This document shows, piece after piece, positions 11,581-25,562 of a stretch of DNA of 64,000 nt. The notes under the pieces were generated by a model. The model searched no databases. It was not told where the DNA came from and saw only the letters and a program-made list of their open reading frames with translations. Origin of the DNA: Camelus ferus (taxonomy: Eukaryota). Every line of letters begins with the position of its first letter. Position 1 is the stretch's first letter. The position numbers and the translations under genes were made by a program. The stretch lies in contig NC_045697.1 of assembly GCF_009834535.1 (NCBI RefSeq), forward strand, positions 94,986,001 to 95,050,000. Reading direction: 5' to 3'.

Positions 11581-14579
11581 ATATAGAAACTTAAAAATGA
11601 AAAAATTAAATTTTGATAAATTATACATGAAAAATGACACGTCAGAGCAGTAAGAGTTAGTGAGTTGGTACTAAAATTAAATCCTGAAATCTACATAGAA
11701 TCTATATTATATCTTTCTGAGAGTTAGCTAATGTATAGAAGAAAGTATGGTTATTAAAATGAATGTAAGGATTGTAAAAATGTTTGGAAAATGTCTGAAG
11801 ATTTTGGGCTTTCATTCTTTAAATTCTATCATATAATTAATGAATTTTATGTTTGTTTAGTATTTATAAGCACAGAATAAATAGCTAAATTGTTTTCTTG
11901 CTATTTTTTAAACTACTCATTACTCACATTTAACCTGTAGAGTTAAAAGAAAAGCTCATTATAATAGAATGTAATTATAACCTTATGTTATTTTTACTTT
12001 GAAAGCAGTAGCTTTTTGCTATTTATTCTTTCCAGAAAAACTTGTTCTTTGGAGAGATTTGGTAGGACTTTTTTTTTTAAATCCCGTTGAAATAAAATTA
12101 AAAATGAAACTTTAGTAAGACATGATAAAACTCCATTAGCAAAGGAATCTTAGTTTGAACACATAAAACTAGACGTCTCTCCTGCTTCCAAATAATTATT
12201 CATGTCAAGATATTAAAAACATTTTATTTTTTGAAAATGAAAAATATGATGTTAAATTTCATACTTCGTATATATGCACTAAATTTCTGTAATCAATCAT
12301 CTCAAAGTGTGTTTTTAGAAAAATATTTTAAGGCAAATAAGCTAAAAACCAAGATTTTGTTTATCTTCAAAAAGTAGCACACAGTTTATAATACTTTAGG
12401 GACCTATATGATTAGGATTTTTTGTTTTTTACAAATTAAATAAAATATAGTGAACAGATACTGTAAAGCTCTCCAGAAGTAAACTTCACATTTGCTAAGG
12501 ATTCCATGCAAGTGATTAATTTTTAGACAAACATCATGCCAGAATTCTTCAAAGATATAAAAACCCTAATTGCAGGGTATCCCAGTATAATAGACATAAG
12601 CAGACACAAAGGCATACAGAAGGGTAACAACCTATACACCTTTTCATTAATATTTATATTCATGAATTGGGGAAATTTAGAAGTATTTTGAAATTTTTAA
12701 AGATATATAATAATGTTAATAATTATTTATAAGACATTTGAAAAAAGTATTAACTAGTGAACTAAAAAAACATACATTTTCAGTCAAGTTTATTTTCAAG
12801 CCTTTGAAATACTGATATTGTTGAAAAATTTTAGAAAAGCATACTTTAAATTAATGAATTAAATCAGAAAAAATATCAAGCCAATAAATAGCAGGAGTCA
12901 GATTTTATATTCCATTGTAGGTAAAATAAAAAATTATACTTAAATTTTTAGATTCAAAAGGAACTGCCTTTGTTTCCAGAGAAGAACAGACAGACATGGA
13001 ATCCAAAAAGTAGATATACCTGTTAAATTTCATTTAAGATGGTTACTACACCTGTTTTTAGAAAGACATACAAGTGTTTATAAATAATATTTTGGAGAAT
13101 AAGAAATTTAAAATGTTAAAAAGTAAACTTAAGTAATAAGATTATTTGTCTGGAATAAATGCTTCAATGCACCTGAATGGAATAAAAGGCAAAACAAACA
13201 AACAAACAAAAACCTCGAGCTGGAAATAGGCTCAAAAGTCTCTGAAAGTTAAGAGAAAAGAAAATAAATATGGTCTGCAAGATAGTTTTCCATTTTCTAA
13301 AAGTAACCTTCAAAGGTTTCCAAAGTGTTTTTTTTTTTTCCTTAAAATAACATCAGCTACCTAACCTTGCCAAAAAGACCTTGAGAATCATTGTTGACAA
13401 AGTGTCTTAGAGACGGTAGTTCATGAAAATTTATCATACCATTAAGTTTAGCTCAACAAAGAAACAAAAGCATTTAAACAAGTTGGTCGGTTTTAATCAT
13501 GAAAATGTAGCATTCTATTATATACAGTGATCTGAGTTAATTGTGTGTCGCCTTGAAGCCAATATTTAACTTTTCAGAGGCTTATTGTTCCTTTTTAATA
13601 AACTTAATTGTGGAAGTCAGGATTAGGATAGGGAAAAGGTTAAGCAGGTTGTCTTCTAGATCACAGTCTAGATACAAAATATGAAGCCCTTTCATATATT
13701 ATATACTTTTAAAGACACTTGGAATAGTTATATTCAATTTGTAAGAAAACTGCTATAACTGCATTCGTTCAAGATACGGTATCAGTAAAAGTAATTGAAA
13801 GTCCTCTTCTAGCTACAATTGCCATGTACACTCTTGTTTATCAGTGATTACCATGTTGTTAAACCCAATGGACATTTTCCAGGTACCATCTTATTTAACA
13901 TCTCCACACTCCCTATTTCTAAAAGAATTTCTTCCTTTCGCCTCTCTTTACATAATCATGAAAACTGCCAGATGGATTCTTGGAATTTCTGCATGTAGAA
14001 CATTTTAAAATCATGTATATAGATATAATTATACAGGAGACTTTGTAGTTATTTGGGGGGAAAAGGAACAGAATAAGCAGAGAGTGATCACGAGGAAAGT
14101 TCAGTCATCTACCAAGGCTGATCTTCATAAGGAGTCTTTCCTTTTCTGAATTTTCCACAAACAAGAGGATTTTCTCATCCTTGTATTTCTGAGGACTGAT
14201 TTTCCAGGCTGTCAAGAGCAGTTTTCTCTTAGCACAAAATCCATGTTTGTTGTTTAAGCATTTTCTACTACATTGATAAGGAAGTAAAATATAACAGCTG
14301 AGGAGTAGTCACTCAGACCACCTTGTTCTTTACTTTTTCCTTTCCCAGAATATGGGATATATTGAAAATTAATCATAACTAGAATGCCAGGTTTTGACGT
14401 AAATGGAGAAAAATAGTTGCCAAGATGATTAGATATCCAGGTTACCTTATTCTATACCATCAGTTACCTTAGGGGGAACACTTGGTATATGATGGGAGGT
14501 TTTCTCTGATGTAGGTAGAAAAAAAATCACATAAATAACAGTTACACTAAAAAACTATGTTACCTGTTTGATTTAAGAA

Positions 14580-14820
14580 ATAGCATAGAATTTGGGTTGA
14601 CAACCTAGTTTCAAGTCCTCCCTGCACTTTCTATTAGGTCTGTTACATCGGCAGTCCTCCTAAATTGTTAGAGTAACAGTATCATTATGTGTGGAATCAG
14701 GATACGCATACCTGGTCTAAACACATCAAAATATCATTCCGAGGTGAGATCAGGTGTAGAAACATATGGGAAGCACCATGTAACCTAGAAAATGATATAC
14801 AAATATGACATTATATTTTT
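14580..14820 (+). mobile_element. MIR SINE (decayed)
   Basis: 'gacaacctagtttcaagtcctccctgcacttt' followed by decayed core spacing. Confidence 0.5.
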
Positions 14821-14844
14821 TCCCCAAAGAGGAAGCGATTACTA

Positions 14845-15285
14845 CTTACTACCTAGGGAGACTGCTGTAACAAAGTATCACAAACTAGGTCACTTTATCA
14901 ATAGAAACTTATCGTCACATGGTTCCAGAGGTTCAAAGTCCAAGGTCAAAGTGTTGGCAGGATTTGTTCCTTCTGAGGGCTATGAGGGAGTATCTGTTCC
15001 ATGCTTCTCGCCTAGTTTCTGGTGGTTTGTTGGCAATCTTTGACACTTTTTGACTTGTTAGGCACATCACACAGTGTTCTTCCTGTGTGTGTATCTGTGT
15101 CTAAGTTTCTCCTTTTTAGAAGGGCATATGTCATGTTGGATTAGTTACCCACCCTACTCTAGTATGACTTTATATTAGATAATTACGTCTGCAATAACCT
15201 TAATTCCAAATATTGTTGCATTGTTAGGTATTAGAGGTTAGGATTTTGACAAATGAGTTTTTGAGGAATAGTTTTCCCTAGAACA
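14845..15285 (-). mobile_element. MLT1B/C-like MaLR solo LTR
   Basis: 'ctgctgtaacaaagtatcacaaact...ttccttctgagggctatgagggag..tctgttccatgc'. Confidence 0.88.
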
Positions 15286-16914
15286 TCATCATATCAAAAA
15301 CAGAGTTAACTCTTAATCCTTTAGTCAGTTACACATTTCCTGACTATCACAAAGAGATATTCTCTACATATTCCATAAAACATTGTTACCCATAGAAAAG
15401 GGGTAAAATAACTCTCTTAACTCCTTATTTGCTAAACTTCCTGCTTATTTAGCCCATTAAACATCTTCAACTATTTCTATTAAAAAACACTTTTAGTTAA
15501 AAAGCTATTTTCTGTAAATCTATTTCTGCAGCAAATTTTGAGAACCATACCATCTATAAAAGATGTTTATCATGCCTTCCAAAATGAAATTTAAAAAGCA
15601 AGCAATTATAAGCATTTTAATATCTAAATTTCTAAATTGTAAGGAAATGGAGGATAATTAAGGTTTTCAACATTTTATAAAACTTCAGAGAGAGACATGA
15701 AGCATTGTTTTAAAAATTGGAGGTATTTACAGCTAGATCTCCAATATGTCCATTCAATAAAACAATTCCTATTGCTCTATTTATTTAATGTTACAAAAAT
15801 CCAAAAATAAAAATTTAGAAAATGTTATGTATTTTAAACTAGAGTCTAGTCAACATATTGTAGAATAAACTATTTTTTTTTTCTCTTAGAGACATGTTAA
15901 TGCATAGGGGATCCTAACATCAGATGGATACTTCTTTGAGATTTATTAAACTCTTATCGTATATCTATCAAGTACAATTTAGATTATGGAGCAGGACTTG
16001 TGTTCTATTTAAGTTTCTCTTACAATCTTTGATTATATAACACGTGTTCTTGTAGAACTGAGTACATTCTGATATAAAGGTAGTAATAGAACAAACAGGT
16101 ATTATACAGCACGAATCCTCAGGTAAACAGGGTGGGTAATTTAATTTCCGAGGTGACAAATTATCTTATCGTGAGTGAGCAGGCAATTTCTTCCCTGAAA
16201 TAAACTAAGAAGCCTAAGACAGCTTTAACTAGATGAAATCATTATCCTTTTAAAGACAGAAGTGTTGAATAAAGTTAATTTTCTCTGCTTTAGTGTTTTG
16301 TTAGAAAACGGCATAAAAAAAATAGTGATGCCTTAAGGTAATGTTAAGCTGTTTAAACTCTTCGGTAAGAGAATAAAAACAGTATTTCTTTGGAAAAGAT
16401 ACATTTGCACACACACATATTTCTAATGAATTAGACTGCAATAATAGACTATTACAAAGACAAATATCTTTACTCTCTCACCTTTCTAAAAGATAAGCAC
16501 ATTAAAGTATTTATTTATACCTCATATTTTAAAAACCATTTAAAAAACTACTTAACAAACAGTAGCTTTAATCATCTTCTGACTATATAGCCTACAGCAT
16601 TATGTGTTGGTATGTACAAGGCATACTGGAAACATTTCTTTGAGTTCAGAATGGTGCCAACAAATCTCTTCCTGACAATGACCTCCTGGGTCTTTATTTG
16701 CATTTTCCTCTTCTTACTTAGGCAAAAAAAATTATAGCTAATTCTTAATACCTCAATAACAGTGAATCATTTCTAGAGTGGTTTGAGTTCCATGTTCCTT
16801 AAAGTTTCTTAACCTGTTTCATGCAGGTTAAAAGACCTGAATTTATCTTGAGTTTCATTATTATGAATTTTAAGAATTTATAGATTTTAAATTTTATTAA
16901 AATCTAACAGAAAT

Positions 16915-17399
16915 TAGTAAGGAAGGGCTCAGAGAGGCAACTGCCATGGACCTTGAACACCCCTTTACATCTTTACTGACATAGCAAGAATGCAAGAGCC
17001 TGATTACCTTTACCCAGAGCATTTCTCATAGCTGAGTTTACAGCAAGTAAAAGAGAGATTAAGTAAATCCCCACTTCCCAAGCACAACCCGGACAGAGAG
17101 CAGACTTGTTTCCACTTAAGGAAAAAAGCAAGCTCACATGTCTCCTTTAACACAGCTTATTGCATCTGTAAGCATCCTTGATGGGCCCTTTGCATCACCT
17201 CTGTGGAACTTGGGGGACAGGTGGGACCAACACAGACCTCCATGAAGCTCCAGCTACTGCTCTGGCTGTGACTTATAAAGTCCTTTGTCTCTCATCCAGT
17301 AGTCTTGTGTCTTCTCCCAATGTCCATGAATAGTAGTAACAAACTAGCTTATTAGCTTGTAAGCAGGATAAAAAATTTCAGACCCTTTAGTTCTTGACA
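16915..17399 (+). mobile_element. ERVL LTR of the MER54/MER73/MER74/MER88 group
   Basis: Diagnostic U5 'ataaagtcctttgtctct...ccatgaa...ttagcttgtaagcaggataaaaaatttcagaccctttagttcttgaca', ending in CA. Confidence 0.8.
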
Positions 17400-19034
17400 G
17401 GTAGAAATTAGGATACTCTGTTTCTGCAGTTAAATTAGTAGATAGGTAAATAATTCATGTCTTTGCATTTCTTAAGGAGAATTCTTTTCTCACTTCTGCC
17501 CAAGTTACCTTGGAGAAATGTGGAAATATGAAATAATACTGGCCTCTTGAATTATTACACAAAATGACCTTAGTACTCCTAGTACTCCAGCTGCATTTAC
17601 TCCTTACAACTGGAAAAAAAAGAGCATTATGTGTCTTTAGAAGGAGGGAGTGAGAGAGGCAGATAGGTATACAGATAGAGAGGACAGATGGGACAGAGAG
17701 AGAATGATTTTAAATCCCTAGTCAAAAGAATTTTGAGTATTTACAATGGCTGTCACAATGGAAAATATGAAATTTAATAAACAGTTTGGACAAGTTACAA
17801 ATACAGAAATAAGTAAATGGAACACAATAAAACTAGAATGTTTTTTGAGCTATGATGAGTTATAAAATAAATTCAAAAGGCAAAATTACATTTTATTCAC
17901 TTACAAGTTAATATAAACATATCCATAATTATTTGCTGTTGCACATTAAAACTGCAATATTAAATTTTTTTAAAAAGGCACAAATCTGAAAACTATTATA
18001 AATATGATTTGTATTCAAACACTACAACGTCTTAGTTAAAATGAATCATTCTTTTCAAATCTCAGCCTTTACCCAGTTCCATAGGGATTCCCTGAGGTGT
18101 GAATATAATTCTTCTGGGATGTTTGTACTTTCAACACTCATTTCACCTAAACCTGCTACATGTTGTATACCAAGAAAGGGCATATGCATAGAATATATTT
18201 GTCACAGAGTCTGTTAAGTTGAAATTTCCCAGGGGGAGAAAACAAACATCTAATGGTACTTCTCAGCATTTGATATTTATTTATATGTGAATTCTATACA
18301 TGCACATCTGTGCATTGCAGTACACAATTTGGTTATACATCACAGCAGATAGATACACATTTTAAATGGATTTGGTCTGTAAACACTGATACTGCTGAAT
18401 AGATAGAATTTTGTCTCATAAATAGTACAATTATTTTTTAACCACCAAGTGATACTACCTAAAATTATTAGCAAAGTTTATATCTACCAGCGCCTAGGTT
18501 TTCATTCTAATTGTTCATATGTCTTTGGAAGTTAACTAACTATAACATGGGAGAAAAAATTATATTGGAGACCACAAGAAATTTCTCTTTTCCAATGATG
18601 AGTTATCAAATGTCACATAAATATGGAAAATCCCTTCAAAACAATTTTGAATAAATAATTGAAAATAATTATTGACAAAATGATGAAATAACTTTACTGA
18701 TCACAGTATTTTACATTTTCAGAGGTATTTAACACTCAGTTTTAAATACATTTAAATAGAAGGAAATCTTATCTATATTTGAAATTAAAAGATATGTTGA
18801 TGACAGCAAAGAAAAATGGATTGACCATCTCGTTAGAGTTTGCAAACTGAGTTTAAGATAAAGGGTCTACAAAGTCATGGAAAAGGAATCTTTGCCTCCA
18901 TGGAACATCCTCTAGTATATAGTTTTGAGTACCATCTAATTCTATAAGATATAATTAACGTTTATTATGGTATAATTTGTGCTGTGATCTAAGATCATTC
19001 AACACAGGGAACAAAGCAAAATGATGTCAGGAAG

Positions 19035-19165
19035 AAAAAAAATCCTGCACTTGTCAGAAAACATGAGTTCTGATTCAGCTCAATCTAATTATCTACATGA
19101 CTTTGAGAAATTCACTTCATTTTTCAGGCTCTGGATTTTCTTATTTACAAAATGAACATGAGCTA
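19035..19165 (+). mobile_element. MIR fragment
   Basis: 'gtcagaaaacatgagttctgattcagctc...catgactttgagaaattcacttca'. Confidence 0.6.
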
Positions 19166-22100
19166 ATTTCTAAAACCCTTGCCAGTTCCAATGCTTGTTT
19201 GCTCTATGTGGTAGACATTGGGACTCTATCTGAGGCATCAGCAAGACAAAAATGATCTGGATATGGATTTGCAGAGCACCAGGATTAGTCTGAATATCCT
19301 TCATGAAAGAACATGTGACAGAATAAGAGAGAAGGTTATATTTAGAAAGAACCTTGAAGGATGGCAGGATGGAAGGCATTCCAGGTAGAGGGAAGCCCTA
19401 AATAAAGAGCTAGCTCTAAGAGGACTGCTTAGATGACAAGGTAGAATGGAGGCACAGGTTTGTTGTTGTTGATAGTAGTGGTGGTGGTAATAGTAGTAAC
19501 TGATTTCTGGTTTTACATAAGGGAAGATTTGAAGTTTTTGTAGGCTAGCAGAGCAGCTAAAAAGGATTATGATTAAAAACACAGGCTAGAAAAATTAGCC
19601 TTGTAACATCTCTTTAGTTGATCTAGGAAAGAAATCTGTACCATTAAGGAAAGCAAGGTAAACAAACCAAAGATATTTGGATGGAGCAAAGTTGAAGGAA
19701 TTTTGCTGTCTAGCATCATACATTGCCTACTTTTCATTATGCCTTGCTGTTGTAAGGAGGAATTATTAAAAATGTTTGAAATTATTCAGTTATCTCTGAA
19801 ATGAAATATTTCAGAATTCATAATCCTCTTTTTAAATCTACCATAAAAAAATGTACACAGTTTGTGAGAGAAAAGAACTATTGCAAATAACTCGTAAAGA
19901 TTTAAAAGTATGTTTAGTATTCATATTATTTAAAGTTATTAAAGTGACTTTTAAGCTTTTTCCATGCTGGTATATATAATACGATATAAAAATCAAAATT
20001 AAGAACTTTCAAAATGTTATTTAATAAGATGGTCAGGTTTTTTTCAACAGATATTTCATTAATGTTGTTAATAAGATGAAGGTTTGTTAAACACCTGTAT
20101 TTCTCTTTTTTGTAGTGCTATTTCTTTGTTGTTGCTATTACGCTGGATTTTGCATTCATTCATTTTGCCTCTGTTTGGAAAAGAAAAGTAAACAATTTTG
20201 TATAGAGAAATTTCTTTCATAGGGTTTCAACACAAGACTCTTTAATCTACAATTTCCTCCATTAGGTTTGGGTTTTAGTGTTGATAAGTGAGAAAAGTGT
20301 GTTATCTAGAGATCATGAGACAATATGGAACACCATATAATTACATTGCTGCCTAATATTTTGGGCGAAATCAAGTTCAACAATATCCTGGCTTAGGGCT
20401 GTATTAGTTTTTCCCTTCAGAACTCTTATTAGTTGCCTGGAAGAGTGTTGACTTTGAAGGGCAGACTGCTGCATAAATTATTCCTTCTTTGAGCATTTTG
20501 CTTGTTTCTCAGCATTGTGATAGCTGTGTGTGTGTGTGTGTGTACTTATATATATGCATAAGAAAAATTGTTTTTTGATAATGTTTTGCATAAAAATGCA
20601 CAGTAAGTGTTTTACAAAGAAATTATTAGGCTACACTTTCTCTTTTTTGTGTTGCTAAGCAAGAATCTTTGGCATTGATTGATGCGTCATTTTGAAATCT
20701 GTAAGGGTCTTTATGGTTTTAGTTATGAATATGTATGAAAAGTCAGTTTTAGTAACTGTGCTATTAGAGATGGTCTAAGACTATAATTCAACAGCAATTT
20801 CCTTAAAAGACAAAGGAACCTGAATTACAATAAAATAAGTGTTGATAGCTGAATGTCTTGTTGAAAAATAGCTTCTTGTATTCAGGCACATTTTCCAAAG
20901 TGACATGAAGTAATGACTAATGGGGAGCATACTTAGAGATATGTCAACTCCTAGCTGAATTACTAAAGAAGAAATACTTTACTGTTCTGTCCACTTATGT
21001 CACATTATTTATAGAAATTTTTAAAATCATGATCAACACAACACTATTATATTTCTGCTAAAGAAATATAGTGTTCGCTTCTCCTACATATACATATCCA
21101 TCCTGATTGGACAAGAGAGTATGTATTGAGATTTTTAAAAGTTAGCCTTAAAATAAGACAGTCCTTGAATTCTCAATCCTTTTTCCCCCGTTATACCAAT
21201 AACAATTATATATATTCCATAGACAAATCAGCCTTTTCTTAACACTTATATGCCTTGTTTTCAGGATTAATTCAACTAAGTTCAAGTTAGAGAATATACG
21301 CATAGACATACTTAGCTCAGCAGTCTAAACATGGTTATTATTATGATCAAAATGAAAACAAAACTAAATCACTGACTATTTGCTTCCATAAAATATTTTC
21401 CATTTTGTTGTTATTTTGTTGATTTGGGGATTTTATGGATTAATTAAAGTTATCTGATACAGATACAAACACACAGAAATATACTAAGCCTCTGGATCCA
21501 AATTTCTGCCATGTTTTGTTAAAACTCCTGCCTCATACTATAATCACATCTTTGCTAATACACTACAGAAAAAAAAGAGTATCAGTTATGTTTATAGAAT
21601 AATTCATCTTTTTATAGCTTTTTATTTTATGTACAATAATGCAATATACTGGATTTAATAAATTGTCTCATAATATACCAAAATAGAAGAATTTCCTGTT
21701 CACATATGCATATCCTTATAGGATAGAAAAGAAGAGGTGCTCTTTCTAATTGTGGAGTTTCCAGCCTTCTTCTGAAACATATGGTTAAACAAAAAATAAG
21801 GAAATAAAGGAAAATATATTTGTGTATCTGGGAAGCCACAATGAAGCTCGTTGCTCCACAGCCACTGAGGAGATGAGCTGCATGTCTGCCATGGCTAAGC
21901 CAGCTAGGCTGCATCTATTATTTAAGAAACAACATAAAATGTTAGAGCTACATAATGGAAAACTGTAAATGAGTCAACCTTCTTGACACTCAGACTCTCA
22001 GGCACCAGGTTAATGTCACAGAGGCAAACTGGTCAGCATCCAGGGCAAAGAGCCAGATGTACTATCTGAACTACACTCTCTGAGAAATGCAGCCTAGAGA

Positions 22101-22625
22101 GAAAATGGAGCAGTTTCAGGAGGCGATAGGAATGTAATTTATGGAAGAATCACAGTGTGGCAGGGGGAGCCTATTCTGACTTGACAAGCCTGTGGAACTT
22201 CTTTTGACCTCTCACAGCAACTGACAGCAACTAAAATCACAGAATGTACCAATTGCAAGTTGATACACAATACACATTTTCTGTAAAAGCCATTCTAATT
22301 AGTTACCCAATATTACTATTATGTTTCTCATGTATATACACAACACTGATCTTATTCTTGCCTCCTAAACCCATATAATGTTTCTTTTACTGAAGTATAA
22401 TGTTAGGATCTGTTAATCATTTACTTGAAACTGAAGGAAAAAAAGCTTAAGTGGTTTATTTATGTTCATATTTGTAGTCAGTCCAATGAAAATGTATAAT
22501 TGCATTTTAATATTATGTTTTGATTTAAATAAAGTTATTGTTTATTCTTTATAATTAGGTATCAAATCTTATTAAGAAGTTATGATTCAACTTTTGTTTA
22601 AATAAGTTTGGTATAAAAATGGTAG

Positions 22626-24117
22626 TGTTGGGGCTCAGAACAGGCAGTTCTAAGATGTGTCACAGTGGAATATTGATTATTTTTAATTAGAGTTGCTCGA
22701 GTAACAATTGAAGGGGGTGAAAGTTTTAAAAAGAAACTCTGAATCCCTCTTTTTCCCTCTGAAAGTGAGAAATAAATGTCTTAATTGAAGGTATCCTCTT
22801 GACGCCAGGAGAAGAGAAAGTATCCTTATCACCAGAGTTAGGGAATTCAATGTTAAGAAAACTGTATAAACAAACTGTTACTTTTCATTGGTTTGTTACC
22901 CCAAACACGCACAAGCCCTTTTGTTTTATTAAATCCTTTTTTTTTAATGATGCAAACTTGAGATTTATTAAATACAACCTTTTCAAGTCTTGCAATGGTT
23001 GCTATTAACATTTTTTCCTTTTGCAATGCAATGGCATAGTCACAAAGCTATGCACCACTACAATCAATTTTAGAACATTTTCTTCATTCCAAAAAGAAAC
23101 CCTACACATTTTAGCAGTCATCCCCCTATTTTTTCCCAGCCATCCCAGCCTTAGGCAACCACTAATCTTTCTCTCTCTGTGAGTTTGCCTATTCTGAACA
23201 TTTCACATAAATGGAATCATACAGTATGTGATCCTTTGTGATTGACATTTCATTTAGCATAAGGTTTGCAAGGCTCATCCATGTTGTAGTATGTACCAGA
23301 ATTTTTACGGTTGAATAATATTCCATTGCATGGGTATCTCACATCTTCACTATCCATTTATCAGTTGATGGACATTTGCATTGTTTCTGCTTTTTTTGGT
23401 TATTTTTTTTAGCTAATGCTGCTATGAACATTTGTGGTCAAGCTTTTGTGTGGACATATGTTTTCAACTCTCTTGGTTATATGACTTAGGAGTAGAATTG
23501 CTGGGTCATATGGTAGCTCTATTTTTACCTTTTGAGGAACTTCCAAACTCTTCCAAACCAGCTGCACCATTTCAGTCCCACAAGTGACATGTGAGAGTTC
23601 CGGTTTTTCCACTTCCCCACCAGCACTTACTATCTGTTTTTCTGATTATAGCCAACCTAGCAGCTATGAAGTGGCATCTTGTGGTGGTGGTGGTTTTGAG
23701 TTGCATTCCCCTGATAGCTAGTGATGCTGAGTATCTTTCCATATACTTACTAGCCATGTTTATGTCTTTTTGGAGAAATGTCTGTTTAGATCTTTTGCCC
23801 ATTTTTAACTGGGTTGTCTTTTTATTAAGTTATAATAGTTTGAATGACTGGATAAAGAAGCTGTGGAACACTACTCAGCCATGAAAAGGATAAAATCGTG
23901 CCATTTGTTTTGTTAATCTTGACAAACAATTATTTTTTTTGTCTAAAAATGATTTATCAACAGCCTACTTTGGTTATTTTGAAGATCCAAATTCTATAAG
24001 ACCTCCACATGTATGCATAATTTTTTTTCCTCCTATAAATGTCATGTGTCAATTTAATTATTGGACCTGCCAAAAGAATTCAAGACTGGTAGGGGAGAAA
24101 TATCCCCTTCCCCATCA
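22626..24117 (+). mobile_element. MER39/MER34-like ERV1 LTR split by an L1 insertion (22626-22936 and about 23905-24117)
   Basis: Start 'tgttggggctcagaac', 'tattgattattttt'; resumes with 'tcctataaatgtc...aatttaattattggacctgcc...ccccttccccatca'. Similar flanks 'tttgttttattaaatc' and 'tttgttttgttaatc' border the L1. Confidence 0.75.
22937..23839 (-). mobile_element. L1MB-type LINE-1 3' portion
   Basis: Poly(T) at 22937, a typical 3'UTR, and minus-strand ORF2-end peptides (VQLVWKS..KVKIELPYDPAILLL). Confidence 0.9.
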
Positions 24118-24899
24118 CCAGCTTTCTACCCTAAAATTTTAAATATATAAAGCAAAAAAGATTACTGAACTTCCCTTAGTAAACTTCTTTTTTCTCTTCA
24201 GTGAGGAGAATTAGAAATTTGCAGCTCTTCAATTATTTTATTGCTCTTGATAGGCAGTTTTACCTTCAGTTATTGACATTCAGTTACATCCATCACTAGC
24301 ATAAATTAGACTTAGGCTTCCTAAGACTAGCTTTATATTCAAGCTTGCCAAAATCAAGTGTGCTGCCCTCATTATGCCCTTAATTTTTGCCTCTTTTTTA
24401 TCTACCTAAAATTTCTTTAATTAATTTAAAGAGGAGGATTTTTAAGTATGGATATTAATCTTTTTGCTGTACCATCACTCCTTCACATGTATGCATTCAA
24501 AATTAATTGGAACTTAATTTCTAAGTATTAGTAGAATTGTTCTTGTTTGTTATTTGTTTTTTATTTCTGTTTATTTCTGTGACTAATATGGATGGTAACA
24601 AATATATTACAAAGTAATGATATGATACATTTGAATATATTATCTTCTTCATGGAAATTATCTTAAAGGTAAATTGTTCTTAACACAAAATAATCTGTAC
24701 TTACTTCTTTATAATACATTGGAGTCCCTTCTTATGTATACATTATGCATATATTAAAATAATCTATTGATGTTACTCAAGTGCATTATTTGCATAAAGA
24801 TCATTATTATCAGATTACATGATATCATCACAGCAGGTAGCAAAGTTTTGAGTTGCTGTGAAGTATCCAGGCAGTCAGTAAACTTGTATGTAAATGAAC

Positions 24900-25060
24900 T
24901 TTTGAAAGCATGTAGTTCAAAACTCTCATTCAAGTACCTAACAAATATTAAGAATGCTAAGCTATAAGAGCTCAGGTGATATGGGCCAAGTTTAACCATC
25001 ACATATTCACAGAGCAAGACTAGAATTTAAGACTCTGAACTCCTAATTCTTTCCATGAAA
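24900..25060 (-). mobile_element. MIR fragment
   Basis: 'gagctcaggtgat...catcacatattcacagagcaagactagaatttaagactctgaactcctaattctttcca'. Confidence 0.5.
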
Positions 25061-25384
25061 TGATGTTTCATCTAATTTTAGTCAACAAAGAACAATATAG
25101 AATTTACTTATCTAACTATTACATAGTTAAAGCTATTAGAACCCATCTTCTCTTTGACCATGACACTTTGGAGTGCTAAGAAAACTTTGATAGAGAAGTA
25201 CAGAGATCATTGAATGGCAAAATCTTATAATTGTTTCACACATGGACATCTTTCTAGGCACATGAGTATGAATCCCAAGCCAAGCAGGAATCAAAAACAC
25301 AAATTTTTACCAAAATTTTATAGGCTTAATCTCCTTTGTTCCTTCCTACCAAACTTATCCTATTGTTTTCCAGAGCCATCTCCT

Positions 25385-25562
25385 AATGACTCAGGAAAAC
25401 TAACCAATTTTCAGGAATTTTGTTAACCACTCACACATCAGTAGCTTGAAATCAACCATGATGAAAGCATTTTCGCCATGGAAATTGCTAAGTGGTACAA
25501 GTTAAGTTTGTTTGGTTTTTCTTCCATAGTGAGCTTGTTGGTAAACATTTGAAAGCACATTG
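25385..25562. mobile_element. MER63-like hAT-Blackjack fragment
   Basis: 'gtagcttgaaatcaaccatgatg..catttt.gccatggaaattg' and terminal 'ttgttggtaaacattt..agcaca'. Confidence 0.7.

Noticed and set aside
15968..16210. Minus-strand acceptor 'tttatttcag' and 63-aa ORF as a coding exon
   Set aside because: All three frames after the acceptor hit stops within about 55 nt, so the block is treated as non-coding.
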